A stretch of DNA of 64,000 bases from an uncultured Acidobacteriota bacterium (GTDB lineage: Bacteria; Acidobacteriota; Thermoanaerobaculia; UBA5066), in NCBI GenBank assembly GCA_963779415.1, contig CAVZYA010000002.1, positions 1,632,001 to 1,696,000 on the forward strand. Reading direction: 5' to 3'. The notes beneath the pieces are model-generated. The model saw only the letters and a program-made list of their open reading frames with translations. It was not told the origin of the DNA and did no database searches. Positions 1 through 10,016 of this stretch are shown here, one piece after another. Position 1 is the stretch's first letter, and each line of letters begins with the position of its first letter. The position numbers and the translations under genes are program-made.

Positions 1-355
1 GGCCGATGCCGATCGAGGCCGTGTCGCCGTCGCCCGAGACGCCGATACCGACGAGCTTCGCGTTCGCGAGGAGGGCGCCGGTGGCGATCGACGGCATCCG
101 GCCGTGGACGCCGTTGAAGCCCCAGGCCCGGTTCAGGAAGTAGGCGGGGGTCTTCGAGGAGCAGCCGATACCGGAGAACTTCGCGACGCGGTGCGGCTCG
201 ACGCCCATCTCCCAGAAGGCGTTCACGATCTGCTTCGTGATGACGTCGTGCCCGCATCCGAGGCAGAGGGTCGACTTTCCCCCCTCGTAATCGGCCTTCG
301 GAAGGCCCATGCGGTTCGTTTTCGGGGCGGGGGCGGTCGGGATCGTGGCGCTCAT
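1..355 (-). CDS. 2-oxoacid:ferredoxin oxidoreductase beta subunit (N-terminal part; runs off the window)
   Basis: Manual translation from ATG 355 gives MSATIPT...STLCLGCGHD...SGIGCSS...HGRMPSIATG...GDGD (TPP-binding motif). Its start overlaps the alpha-subunit stop. Confidence 0.93.
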   Translation of the reverse strand, partial: MSATIPTAPAPKTNRMGLPKADYEGGKSTLCLGCGHDVITKQIVNAFWEMGVEPHRVAKFSGIGCSSKTPAYFLNRAWGFNGVHGRMPSIATGALLANAKLVGIGVSGDGDTASIGIG

Positions 356-2217
356 CAAGACCTCCTCGTCCGGGCGGCGCGGTCGGCAAGGACGCCCTCC
401 ACGACCGTCGTGGCGTCGAGCGGGAGGCCGTCGTACTGGAGGATGGAGACGAAGCGTCCCGCCTCCTCCGGAAACTCGTCGCGGAGGATCGTCCGGAGCT
501 GGCCGTCGCGGTTCTGCTCGACGACGTAGATCCGATCGTGCCGGAGGATCCAGTCGCGGACCTCGGGGCCGATCGGCAGGGCGCGGAGGCGAAGGTAGTC
601 GAGCCCGAATCCCGCCTCCCGGACGAGACGGTCACGCGCCTCGGCCGTCCCGTGGTGCGACGTGCCGAAGGCGAGGAGGCCGTCGGCGCTCTCGAAGCCG
701 TCCTCGATCCGGGGCTTCGGGACCATCGTCCTCGCCGTCTCGTGCTTTCGCGAGAGGCGGTCGACGTTCGCGACGAAGTCGTGCGGCTTCTCGGAGTACT
801 GGCCCATCTCGTTGTGCCCGGAGCCGCGCGCGAGGTACGCGGCGAACGGGCTCGGCGTCCCCGGGAGCGTCCGGTACGGGATGCCGTCGCCGTCCACGTC
901 CCGGTACCGGCCCCACGACTCCTTCACCTTCTCGAACGACTTTTCGTCGAGGACCTTTCCCTTCCTTCGCGGCCCCGTCGGATACGTGAAGGGATCGGCC
1001 ATCCAGTTGTTCATCCCGAGGTCGAGGTCGGAGAGGACGAAGACGGGCGTCTGCAGCTCCTCGGCGAGGTCGAAGGCCTCGATCGCCATCTCGAAACATT
1101 CCTCCGGGGTCGCGGGGAAGAGGACGGGATGTTTCGTGTCGCCGTGCGAGTTGTAGTAGGCGAGGAGGATGTCCCCCTGCATCGTCCGGGTCGGAAGGCC
1201 GGTGGACGGTCCGACCCGCTGGATGTCCCAGACGACCGCCGGGACCTCGACGTAGTAGCCGAGGCCGAGGAACTCGGACATCAGGGAGATTCCGGGGCCG
1301 GACGTCGCGGTGAAGGCGCGCGCGCCGGCCCACCCGGCCCCGAGGACCATCCCGATCGAGGCGATCTCGTCCTCGGCCTGGATCACCGCGACGGTCTTCT
1401 TTCCGGAGACGGGGTCGACGCGGTGGTCGTTCGTGAACTCGATGAAGGATTCGCAGAGCGAGGAGGACGGCGTGATCGGGTACCAGCAGCAGACCGTCGC
1501 CCCGCCGAAGAGAGAGCCGAGGGCGGCGGCGGCGTTCCCTTCGATGATGATCTTTCCCTTCGTCGCCTCCATCCGCTCGACCCGGAAGGGGATCTTCGAG
1601 GAGAAATTCGCCGCGGCGTACTCGAGGCCGAGGCGCATGGCGCCGAGGTTCAGCTCGATCGCCTTCTGCTTTCCCTGGAGCTGCTTCCTGATCGCGGCCT
1701 CGATCTCGGCCGGGTCGATCCCCATCAGGTCGGCCACGACCCCGACGTAGATCATGTTGACGATGAGCTTCCGGAGCTTGGCCTGATCAGACGCCATCGT
1801 CAGCTTCACGACGAGCTCGCCGAAGGGGACCGGGTAGAAGTGGAGGTCGCTCCGCCGGCCGTCGAGGCCGAGCTTCTTCTCGAAGACGACGTGCGCCCCG
1901 GGGCGGGCGGCGCGGACGTCCTCGTCGGCCGTCTCGGGGTTCATGAGGACGAGGACGTCGATCTCGCGTTTTCGCGCGATGTAGCCGTCCTTGTTCGCGC
2001 GGATCGTGAACCACGTCGGAAGCCCCTGGATGTTCGACGGAAAGAGGTTCTTCCCGGAGACGGGGACGCCCATCCGGAAGATGGCCCGCATCAGGACGTT
2101 GTTGGCCGTCTGCGATCCGGAGCCGTTCGCCGTCGCGACCTGGAGGGAGAAGTCATTGACGACGGGTTCGCCGCCGACGCTCGCGTCCGAGCTCGTCTGG
2201 GTGAGTACGCTCGACAT
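355..2217 (-). CDS. 2-oxoacid:acceptor oxidoreductase alpha subunit (gamma-alpha fusion)
   Basis: Motifs NGSGSQ, YPITPSS, QAEDEIA, ATSGPG, QRVGPSTGLPT. Start taken at MSSVLTQ (2217). Confidence 0.95.
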   Translation of the reverse strand: MSSVLTQTSSDASVGGEPVVNDFSLQVATANGSGSQTANNVLMRAIFRMGVPVSGKNLFPSNIQGLPTWFTIRANKDGYIARKREIDVLVLMNPETADEDVRAARPGAHVVFEKKLGLDGRRSDLHFYPVPFGELVVKLTMASDQAKLRKLIVNMIYVGVVADLMGIDPAEIEAAIRKQLQGKQKAIELNLGAMRLGLEYAAANFSSKIPFRVERMEATKGKIIIEGNAAAALGSLFGGATVCCWYPITPSSSLCESFIEFTNDHRVDPVSGKKTVAVIQAEDEIASIGMVLGAGWAGARAFTATSGPGISLMSEFLGLGYYVEVPAVVWDIQRVGPSTGLPTRTMQGDILLAYYNSHGDTKHPVLFPATPEECFEMAIEAFDLAEELQTPVFVLSDLDLGMNNWMADPFTYPTGPRRKGKVLDEKSFEKVKESWGRYRDVDGDGIPYRTLPGTPSPFAAYLARGSGHNEMGQYSEKPHDFVANVDRLSRKHETARTMVPKPRIEDGFESADGLLAFGTSHHGTAEARDRLVREAGFGLDYLRLRALPIGPEVRDWILRHDRIYVVEQNRDGQLRTILRDEFPEEAGRFVSILQYDGLPLDATTVVEGVLADRAARTRRS

Positions 2218-2362
2218 GCCGGTCGTTCCTCTTCCCGCCGCGGATGTGGGGTGAGACTCTGTCTCTTCCGCGGGACGCCCCGATTCTACGGGAACGGCGT
2301 CGATCTCCGGTGCTTGTTCGATCCGTCCACAAGCGGAGCCTCCAAGGTCGGATAATCCCTCC

Positions 2363-3136
2363 GTGCGGATCGTCTCCCTCTGCCCGTCCGTCACGGAGAG
2401 CCTCGTGGCGCTCGGCCTCGCGCCGCAGCTCGTGGGGGTGACGCGCTACTGCGTCCATCCAAGGGAGGTGACCTCGCGGATCCGGAAGGTGGGAGGCACG
2501 AAGAACCCGGACCTCGACGGGATCCGCTCCCTCCGGCCCGATCTCGTCTTCGCGAACGCGGAGGAGAACCGCCGCGAGGACGTCGAGGCGCTGGAGCGCG
2601 AGTTCGTGACGGACGTGTCGCATCCCCGGCGGGTCGCGGACATCCCGACTCTCCTCCGGCGCTTCGGACGGCTGACGGGGACCGACGAGAGAGCCGGGGA
2701 GATTGCTTCGAACGTGGAGAGGGCTCTGGAGAGCGCCGGGAACCGCCGCGGCATGCCTACGCGCGCCTCCTTCCGATACGTCTATCTCGTCTGGAAAGAC
2801 CCGTTCATGACCGTCGGCCCGCGAACGTACATCGCCGACCTGCTCCGCCTCTCCGGAGGCGCTCTTTCACTCGAAGAATCCTCTTCGGCCATTTCCCCGG
2901 ACTACCCGGTCGTCTCTGAGGACGAGATCGTCTCCTCGCGTCCCGACGTCCTTCTCCTTCCCGACGAACCGTACCGATTCCGCGAGAAGGACGCCGCGTT
3001 CTGGCGCACGCGCCTCCCGGCGTCGTCGCGCGTCGTCCTCGTCCCCGGGGACGACTGGTGCTGGCACGGGGTCCGGACGCTCCGGGGTCTCGCCGCGGCC
3101 GAGACGCTCGCGGCGGGGGCAGGGGTGGAGGCGTAG
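2363..3136 (+). CDS. Helical-backbone metal receptor (BtuF-like cobalamin/Fe3+-siderophore binding protein)
   Basis: RIVSLCPSVTE...LVGVTRYC...VGGTKNPD...PDLV pattern; PDEPYRF. Confidence 0.85.
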   Translation: MRIVSLCPSVTESLVALGLAPQLVGVTRYCVHPREVTSRIRKVGGTKNPDLDGIRSLRPDLVFANAEENRREDVEALEREFVTDVSHPRRVADIPTLLRRFGRLTGTDERAGEIASNVERALESAGNRRGMPTRASFRYVYLVWKDPFMTVGPRTYIADLLRLSGGALSLEESSSAISPDYPVVSEDEIVSSRPDVLLLPDEPYRFREKDAAFWRTRLPASSRVVLVPGDDWCWHGVRTLRGLAAAETLAAGAGVEA

Positions 3137-3140
3137 GAAC

Positions 3141-3821
3141 GTGAGGATCCTTCTCCTCGCAGCCCTCCTCGCCGTTCCTTTCCGGACGCCGACCCCTACG
3201 CCGGGCCCGGCGACGTACGTTCTCGTCCAGAAGGACGGCTCCGTCGTCCGCCTGGCGAAGGCGCCCAAGCTGAAGGGGAGCGCCTACGTCGGGAATCTCT
3301 GGCAGACGGGACAGCTCGTCTCGATACCGGCGTCCGAAGTCGACGAGCGAAAGACCGCCTCGGCGAACGCAGGCACGGGATCGAAGACGCCCTCCTCGGA
3401 AAAGAACATCGGGACACGTTACGACCCGGAGGGCCCTCAGACCCCTCTCGGCGACCAGATGAAGCTCAAGGGAGGACGGAAGAAGGTGGAGCGGACGCTT
3501 CAGGGGTCCACGGCGGCGTCGAAGACTCCGACGGCCGTCGCCTCGGCGGGCGTCGTCGACCGGAACGGACGGGGCGAGGCATGGTGGCGCGGACGCGTGG
3601 AGCCGCTCAAGGAGGAGCTGGCCGACGCGGAGGCCGACCTGAAGCTCTCGGGCGACGAGATCCGGAGCGCGGAGCGGTCCGGGGCGTCGGCCTCCGATCT
3701 GGAGCGCCTCCGCGGGCGCGAGGAGGAGGCCCGGAAGCGCTGCGCCTCGGCGAAGGGGAAGCTCGACGCCCTCGCGGAGGACGCGCGGAAGGCGCGAGCC
3801 CCGGCGTCGTGGCTGCGCTAG
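3141..3821 (+). CDS. Hypothetical exported protein with C-terminal coiled coil
   Basis: Signal-like N-terminus; EAWWR...coiled region; ends PASWLR. Confidence 0.7.
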   Translation: MRILLLAALLAVPFRTPTPTPGPATYVLVQKDGSVVRLAKAPKLKGSAYVGNLWQTGQLVSIPASEVDERKTASANAGTGSKTPSSEKNIGTRYDPEGPQTPLGDQMKLKGGRKKVERTLQGSTAASKTPTAVASAGVVDRNGRGEAWWRGRVEPLKEELADAEADLKLSGDEIRSAERSGASASDLERLRGREEEARKRCASAKGKLDALAEDARKARAPASWLR

Positions 3822-3827
3822 AAACGG

Positions 3828-3852
3828 AAAGGCCGCCGGGATTCCGGCGGCC
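3828..3852 (-). terminator. Intrinsic terminator between convergent genes
   Basis: Hairpin GGCCGCCGG-GATT-CCGGCGGCC (3831-3852), followed on the minus strand by TTTCCGTTT. Confidence 0.65.
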
Positions 3853-3880
3853 GGAAACGGGATCTCGGGGAAACAGGGGA

Positions 3881-4378
3881 TCAGTTCGACTTGAGCTCCC
3901 ACTTCAGCTCGTCGATCATCGCATTCCAGTTCGCGACCATCTCGGGGGTGACCGGAATCTTGAGTTTGTCGGGCGAGGCGTTGATGGCCTTGTCGGCGTC
4001 GGTCAGGGTTCGTCCCGTCGCTTTGTAGGCATCCTCGACGGTCCCGTTCATGTCCTTGTCGTTGAGCATGAGCAGCTCGACGCCGGCGGGCGTCTTCCTG
4101 CTGAGACTCAACGTGAGGAACTTTTCCCCTTTGGTCAACTCCGCGAACTTGAAGTAGGCCTTCTCGTACCCGGGGGGCGGGCTCTGGATCCATTTGTAGT
4201 AGAACGACCCCTGCGGGATCCTGTTGCTGAGGCCGGGCTTTCCCGCGGCATAGATCTTCATCTGGTCGGTGACTTCCTTGAGCTTCGGCGAGGTCGAAGT
4301 CGCCTGCTGCTGCGCGGTCGCCCCCATCGCGACCGCGAGGAGCGTGAAAGCGGTGACGATCGAGAGAATCCGGCGCAT
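3881..4378 (-). CDS. Hypothetical secreted protein
   Basis: MRRILSIVTAFTLLAVAMGATA signal peptide; Lys-rich, natural-looking composition; RBS-like GAGGAGG upstream. Confidence 0.75.
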   Translation of the reverse strand: MRRILSIVTAFTLLAVAMGATAQQQATSTSPKLKEVTDQMKIYAAGKPGLSNRIPQGSFYYKWIQSPPPGYEKAYFKFAELTKGEKFLTLSLSRKTPAGVELLMLNDKDMNGTVEDAYKATGRTLTDADKAINASPDKLKIPVTPEMVANWNAMIDELKWELKSN

Positions 4379-4538
4379 CGAAGCCCTCCTCGCCCACGGG
4401 GTTCTCATCCGCGCAGCGCCTCTTCGCAAACAACTTCGTCTTCTTTGACGACCGCGTCCATGATTCAGATCAATCACGCCGGAACCGGTTGAGTCGAAAG
4501 GAGATGACTCGGCTCGTCCGGACGCCTTGAGACGCGGT

Positions 4539-6155
4539 TCAAGCCGGACGGTGAGAGGAGACGACCCGGTTCCGGCCCTCCGCCTTGGCCCGGTAGAGAG
4601 CGGCGTCGGCGGCGGCGAGGAGCTCCTCTGCCGTCTCTCCGTCCGCCGGATAGGTCGCCACGCCGAGCGAGATCGTGATCGGCCCGATCGGCTTGCCCTC
4701 GGAGACGAAGGGGACCTCTTTCACGCCCGTCCGGATCCGCTCGGCCTGCCGCAGGGCGTTGTCGACGGAGCTTCCGGGAAGGATCAGCGTGAACTCCTCG
4801 CCGCCGAAGCGGCAGGCGATGTCGTACGTTCGGAGCTGCGACTCCAGAAACCGGCCCAGCTCGCGCAGGACGTCGTCTCCCGCCGCGTGTCCCATCGTGT
4901 CGTTGATCCTCTTGAAGAAGTCGATGTCGACCATGATCAGGGAGACCGAAGCCTTCTCGCGGACGGCCCGCCGCAGCTCCCGTTCGAGCGACTGCTCGAG
5001 ATAGCGCCTGTTGTAGAGGCCCGTCAGCGCGTCGCGGACGGCCTGGATCTGGAGCGACTCGCGGAGCTTGACGTTTGCCATCGCGAGGGCGACCTGGCTC
5101 GCGACGTTCAGTGCGAAGCGCTCGTCGGCCTCGATCCCGGAGAGGTGCAGGAGACCGTGTGCCTCGCCGTGAGCGAGGAGGGGGAAGCAGAGCGTCTTGC
5201 CCTCCGGCGCGCCCCGGACGTGCGGGCAGACGGGGCCCCCGGCGGGGAGGCGGACGACGTGCGTCTGTGAGAGACGGAGGGCCCAGCAGTCGTCGACGTG
5301 GAACGTCGGCTCGCTGAGACTTTCCCACGCGACGACGCCGTCGAGCGTCCGGTGCGCGGCGTCCAGGATGTAGAGGCCCCCCTTGGTTCCGGCGAAGAGT
5401 CGGGGCGAGACCTGCCGCAGGATCTCGAGGATGTCGGCGATGCTCCGGGCGCTCTGGAGCATCCCCGTCATCCCGTTCAGGAGCGCCACGGCCTCGCCGC
5501 GGCGCCCGATCTCCTGCGTCCTCTCGGCGAGTCGCTGGTCGAGCTCGGCGGCGCGGGCGCGGTGGTGGTCCTCGCTTTGCCGACACCGGAGGGCCAGGGC
5601 GGCGCGCGGCAGGATCCCCGCGAGCTTGTCGACGAGCGGGGCGTCCTCGTCGCGGTTCTGGGCCGAGAAGAACTCCAGGGTCGCGATCAGGTCCGTCCCG
5701 ATCCGGATCGGGAAGGCGACGCCGCACCGGAGACCGGCGTCGTTCGCGGCGTTCGCGCGGAGGAACTCCGACCGGGCGACGAGGTCGGCGTCCCAGGCGG
5801 GCTCGCCGCCGGGGAAGCCGCTCGAAAGAGCGCCGGGGACCGGTGAGGGGGGAAGGACGGCGCTGGCGGCGCAGAAATCGGCGAAGCGCTTTTCGGGGGG
5901 GTGAAAGGTCGCGGCGAGGCGGAACGCCGGGCCCGGGTCCTCGGGCACCCAGGCCTGGCCGAGCGTCCACCCGGTCGCCTTGCAGACGTCGCGGAGGATT
6001 CCGTGAAGGACCTCGGCGAATCCGGGCTCCTCGGCCGCCGTCAGGAGAAAGCGAAGGAGGAGCGCGTCTTCCGGAAGGGTCACGGCGGCAGGCGACGCGG
6101 GGCGGGGTACGGGAATCGAGGTTTCAATTCGCAGCCGCGCCGACGATTCGCTCAT
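4539..6155 (-). CDS. GAF-domain sensor diguanylate cyclase
   Basis: DALTGLYNRR, DIDFFKRIND, RFGGEEF with intact RxxD I-site (RTYD); two GAF-like regions. Confidence 0.93.
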   Translation of the reverse strand: MSESSARLRIETSIPVPRPASPAAVTLPEDALLLRFLLTAAEEPGFAEVLHGILRDVCKATGWTLGQAWVPEDPGPAFRLAATFHPPEKRFADFCAASAVLPPSPVPGALSSGFPGGEPAWDADLVARSEFLRANAANDAGLRCGVAFPIRIGTDLIATLEFFSAQNRDEDAPLVDKLAGILPRAALALRCRQSEDHHRARAAELDQRLAERTQEIGRRGEAVALLNGMTGMLQSARSIADILEILRQVSPRLFAGTKGGLYILDAAHRTLDGVVAWESLSEPTFHVDDCWALRLSQTHVVRLPAGGPVCPHVRGAPEGKTLCFPLLAHGEAHGLLHLSGIEADERFALNVASQVALAMANVKLRESLQIQAVRDALTGLYNRRYLEQSLERELRRAVREKASVSLIMVDIDFFKRINDTMGHAAGDDVLRELGRFLESQLRTYDIACRFGGEEFTLILPGSSVDNALRQAERIRTGVKEVPFVSEGKPIGPITISLGVATYPADGETAEELLAAADAALYRAKAEGRNRVVSSHRPA

Positions 6156-6176
6156 CGCCCCCGTCCTCTCCGGCCG

Positions 6177-6797
6177 TCAGCCTCGCCTTCGCAGCAGATC
6201 AAGAAACTCTTCTCGTACCGCCTTCTCGAGGAAGATCCCCCGGATCGCCGAGGTCACCGTCACGGCACCGGGCTTGCGCACCCCGCGCATCTCGACACAG
6301 AGATGACGCGCCTCGATGACGACCATGACCCCCTGCGGCTTCAGCTCCTCCTCGAGGACGGCCGCCACCTGCTCCGTCAGCCGCTCCTGGAGCTGCGGCC
6401 GCCGGGCGAAGAACTCCAGAAGGCGCGGCAGCTTCGAGAGACCGACGATCCGCTCGTTCGGGATGTAGGCGATGTGCCCGTGCCCGTAGAACGGGATGAA
6501 ATGGTGGGAGCACATGGAGTAGAAGGGGATCTCCTTCTCCATGACCATGGCCGTGTAGCGCTCGTCGTTCGGGAAGGTCGTCAGCTTCGGGCGCGTCCCC
6601 TCGTCGAGGCCGGAGAAGATGTCGAGGTACATCTTCGCGACCCGCTGGTCGGTGTCGACGAGGTTCGGGTCGGCTTCCGGCGTCAGGCCGAGGATCCGGA
6701 TGATCTCGCGGATGTGCGTGGCGATCCGGCCGACGCGCGGATCGTGCTCGTGTTCGCTCGCGGCATCGAGGATGTGGGTGGACGGGGCGGGGTCCAT
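6177..6797 (-). CDS. folE: GTP cyclohydrolase I
   Basis: SMCSHHFIPF, GLSKL, RPQLQERLT, HLCVEMRG. Start at 6797 is supported by TATCAT 7 nt upstream. Confidence 0.95.
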   Translation of the reverse strand: MDPAPSTHILDAASEHEHDPRVGRIATHIREIIRILGLTPEADPNLVDTDQRVAKMYLDIFSGLDEGTRPKLTTFPNDERYTAMVMEKEIPFYSMCSHHFIPFYGHGHIAYIPNERIVGLSKLPRLLEFFARRPQLQERLTEQVAAVLEEELKPQGVMVVIEARHLCVEMRGVRKPGAVTVTSAIRGIFLEKAVREEFLDLLRRRG

Positions 6798-6830
6798 TTG
6801 TCCCATGATACGGAATCGGGAGGATCGAGG

Positions 6831-8309
6831 ATGGAGAAGCCCGGGGCCGAGGCGAAGAAGGGGCGTTGGCGGGCCACGAAGATCGTCGCGACGCTCGGTC
6901 CCGCGAGCGAGAGTCCCGGGATGATCCGGCGGCTCCTCCGGGCCGGAGTCTCCGTTTTCCGGCTGAACGCGGCGCACGCGCGTCCCGGTGACATCCGGCG
7001 CCGTGTCGCGCTCGTCCGGAGAGCGGAGCGCGCCTCGGGACGCCCCGTCGGCGTCCTCCTCGACCTCGGGGGGCCGAAGATCCGCATGGGTCCCGTCCCG
7101 GGCGGCCCGATCCGCGTCGCGGCGGGCGAGAAGGTCGATCTCGTCCCGAGGCGCGCGGCGGCGCGGCCCTCCGGAGGCTCCCGTCGCCTCGTGGTCACCT
7201 ATGGCGCTCTCCTCTCCGACGTCGCGCCGGGCGCCGAGGTCCGGATCGACGACGGGAAGGTGAGACTTCGCGTCGTCCGTCGCCGCACGGGATCGCTCGA
7301 GTGCCGTGTCCTCGTCGGAGGGCTTCTCCGGACCGGCGCCGGCGTGAACTTCCCCGACTCCGCGCTCTCCGCGCCGGCTCTCACGGCGAAGGACCGCCGG
7401 GACCTGCGGGAGGGGCTCGAGGCCGGGGTCGACTTCGTCGGCCTCTCCTTCGTCCGGAGCGCGGAGCACGTGGGAGAGCTCCGGCGCGTCGTCGCGCGGT
7501 CGCCGAGGGAGACGCGGCCGTGGATCGTCGCGAAGATCGAGCGACCAGAGGCGCTCGACGCTCTGCCGCGGATCGCCGCCGTCTCCGACGCGCTCATGGT
7601 GGCGCGCGGGGACCTCGGCGTCGAGATCGGGCTCGCGGCGGTTCCGCGGGAGCAGGCGCGGATCCTCGAAGCGGGGCGGGTCGCGGCGATCCCCGTCATC
7701 GTCGCCACGCAGATGCTCGAATCGATGATCGAGAGCCCTGTTCCGACGCGGGCGGAGGTGTCGGACGTGGCCGGCGCCGTTCTTGGCGGCGCCGACGCCG
7801 TCATGCTCTCGGGCGAGACGGCCGTCGGCCGGTTCCCGGTGGAGGCCGTCCGGACGATGGCCGAGATCGCCCGAACCGCCGAGAGGACCGAGGAGCGTGC
7901 CGGACCCGCCGCCGGGCCGCCCCCCGGGAACGGCAGGATGGAGGTCGCCGGGGCGGTGGCCGAAGCGGCGGCCACCGCGGCAAGGGCGGCCGGCGCGTCC
8001 GCGATCGTCGTCTACACGGAGTCGGGACGGACGACACGCCTCGTCTCGAAGCTCGGCCTCGGAATCCCGATCGTCGCCTTCACGCCCGAGGAGCGCGTGC
8101 GCCGCCGAATGACGCTTCTTTCGGACGTCGTCTCCTTCCGGATTCCGCGGGCCCGTTCGGTCGAGGCGATGCTCCGGGCGGGAAACCGGTTCCTCTCGCG
8201 GATGGCGGTCCTCTCGGGCCGGACCGTCGTCGAGGTTTCGGGGGCCGCGCGCGCGGAGGGGGCGACGAACACCGTCCGGATCCGGAGGATCCCGGCGGCG
8301 CGTCGCTGA
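6831..8309 (+). CDS. pyk: Pyruvate kinase
   Basis: TKIVATLGPAS, DLGGPKIR, AKIE, MVARGDLGVE, ATQMLESM, DAVMLSGETA. Confidence 0.96.
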   Translation: MEKPGAEAKKGRWRATKIVATLGPASESPGMIRRLLRAGVSVFRLNAAHARPGDIRRRVALVRRAERASGRPVGVLLDLGGPKIRMGPVPGGPIRVAAGEKVDLVPRRAAARPSGGSRRLVVTYGALLSDVAPGAEVRIDDGKVRLRVVRRRTGSLECRVLVGGLLRTGAGVNFPDSALSAPALTAKDRRDLREGLEAGVDFVGLSFVRSAEHVGELRRVVARSPRETRPWIVAKIERPEALDALPRIAAVSDALMVARGDLGVEIGLAAVPREQARILEAGRVAAIPVIVATQMLESMIESPVPTRAEVSDVAGAVLGGADAVMLSGETAVGRFPVEAVRTMAEIARTAERTEERAGPAAGPPPGNGRMEVAGAVAEAAATAARAAGASAIVVYTESGRTTRLVSKLGLGIPIVAFTPEERVRRRMTLLSDVVSFRIPRARSVEAMLRAGNRFLSRMAVLSGRTVVEVSGAARAEGATNTVRIRRIPAARR

Positions 8310-8311
8310 CG

Positions 8312-10003
8312 TCAGGGCGCCGCGGGGGGCGTTCCGATCTCCAGGTCGTCGCCGTCCATCGAGTCGGGGTCGAACGGGATGCCGAGCCAGCCGAGGATCG
8401 TCGGAGCGAGATCCACCGTTCGGGCGAAAGGGCGGCGTCCCGGGACGACGCCGGGACCTGCGAAGACGAACGGAACGACCATCTCGCTGCGCGAGAGCCC
8501 TCCGTGTCCGGCGGCCTTTCCGGCGCGGAACCCGTAGCCGTTCTTCGGAGAGAGGTAGACGTCCGGAGCCCGCGGGGAGTCGAAGAACTCGGGGAGCTGG
8601 ACGACGAGGTCCGGGTATTCGGTCTGCGCCGTCGCCTCCAGCCATTCGTCCGACGGGTGTCCGCCCCCCGCGACGAAGCGCGCGAGGTCCCCGGACGACG
8701 CATATCCGAGCGGATCGGTCCCCTGCGTGACGCGGTAGGAGTAGAGCGGCTCGTCGCCGTCCCGCTCCTCGCGGGCGATCTCCGCGACGCCGGTGGGGCC
8801 ATAGACGAGGATGTGCCCCGCCTCCCTCCCTCGCGTGATGACGAGGGCGACTTCCGGGGCCCGCGCGAGGGTCGCCGCGAACTCCGACAGGGGAGGCATC
8901 GGGGCGGGCGGACCTTTCGCGGCGGGCTTCTTCTTCGGCGAGGGCTTCGAGGGCTTCTTCTTCCGGAGGGCGAAGGCGCGCGGTACGTCCTCGGGGGGGC
9001 GCGAGGAGGGAAGCCAGATCATGGCCCCGCGGTAAGCGCCGACGGCGATCAGCGCGTCTCCGACGTCGTACGACTTCGCCTTCTTCCCCTTCACGGGGAC
9101 GAGGACGCAGTTTCCGATCGCGCAGTCGGCCTCGGTCGGGTGGGCGAAAAGGGCCCGGTGGACGAGCTCCTCGGCGTCGACGTCGATGCCGTAGGAGCGG
9201 TTCCCGTGGTCGCCGACGATGACGAAGAGGACCTTGTCGTACGCGCCGCGGCTTCGGAGCCTCCGGACGAGCCGGGCGAAGGAGCGATCGATGTTCTCGA
9301 GGGCGGAACGGAACTCGAGGCTCTCGGGCCCGTCCGCGTGGGCGACCTCGTCCGTCCCGAGGAGGTGCGCCCACGCGAGAGACGGAAGTTTCCCCGTGTC
9401 GAGCGCCCCCATGTACGCATCGCCGATGTCGTCGAGCGTCTTGCGGTCGAGGAACTCCCAGTCCCACCGCGCGTACGAGGCGGTCAGCGCGAGGACGTTC
9501 TTCACGTCGACCGTGGCGCCGCGTGCGATCGGGCTGGTCACGGCCACCGAATCGGCCGGGAGCCTCTCGTAGAGCGTCCGGGCGTCGGGCGCGAGGAAGT
9601 CCGAGGCGGAGAGGATGCGGAAGATGTTCGTGTGCGTCTCCGCGAGGCGCAGGCGGCGGTCCAGCCAGATGTTCGCCGGGATGCCGTGGTGACCCGGATA
9701 GAGACCCGTCAGGAGGGCGCCGAGGTTCGGGTAGGTCTCGCTCGGGACCGAGGCGACGGCCGTCTCGAAGACGAGGCCCCTCTCGACGATCTCCTTCCGG
9801 AGGTTCGGAACGGCACCGGCGGCGAGGAAGTGTCGGAAGGCCTCGGCGGAGAGGCCGTCGAAGAAGAGGACGCAGACGGACCGGTCGTCCGGCGTCGTCA
9901 GGGCGCCCGCCGCGCTCCGCATCCTCTGGTGGATCGAGCAGGCGGCGAGCGCCACGGACGCCACGAGGGCGGCGGCGAGCGGAAGGAGGCGGCGCGGCGG
10001 CAT
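8312..10003 (-). CDS. Alkaline phosphatase-superfamily (nucleotide pyrophosphatase/phosphodiesterase-like) lipoprotein
   Basis: Lipobox LAAC; FDG, PSETYPN..LLTG.YP..HGI, D..AH, GDHG, GHGG, RTVDLAPTI. Confidence 0.85.
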   Translation of the reverse strand: MPPRRLLPLAAALVASVALAACSIHQRMRSAAGALTTPDDRSVCVLFFDGLSAEAFRHFLAAGAVPNLRKEIVERGLVFETAVASVPSETYPNLGALLTGLYPGHHGIPANIWLDRRLRLAETHTNIFRILSASDFLAPDARTLYERLPADSVAVTSPIARGATVDVKNVLALTASYARWDWEFLDRKTLDDIGDAYMGALDTGKLPSLAWAHLLGTDEVAHADGPESLEFRSALENIDRSFARLVRRLRSRGAYDKVLFVIVGDHGNRSYGIDVDAEELVHRALFAHPTEADCAIGNCVLVPVKGKKAKSYDVGDALIAVGAYRGAMIWLPSSRPPEDVPRAFALRKKKPSKPSPKKKPAAKGPPAPMPPLSEFAATLARAPEVALVITRGREAGHILVYGPTGVAEIAREERDGDEPLYSYRVTQGTDPLGYASSGDLARFVAGGGHPSDEWLEATAQTEYPDLVVQLPEFFDSPRAPDVYLSPKNGYGFRAGKAAGHGGLSRSEMVVPFVFAGPGVVPGRRPFARTVDLAPTILGWLGIPFDPDSMDGDDLEIGTPPAAP

Positions 10004-10016
10004 CGTCTGGTCGGGC

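Noticed and set aside
2218-2362. Cobalamin riboswitch upstream of the BtuF-like gene (also looked upstream of 53347)
   Set aside because: No B12-box consensus recognised; the gene looks leaderless.
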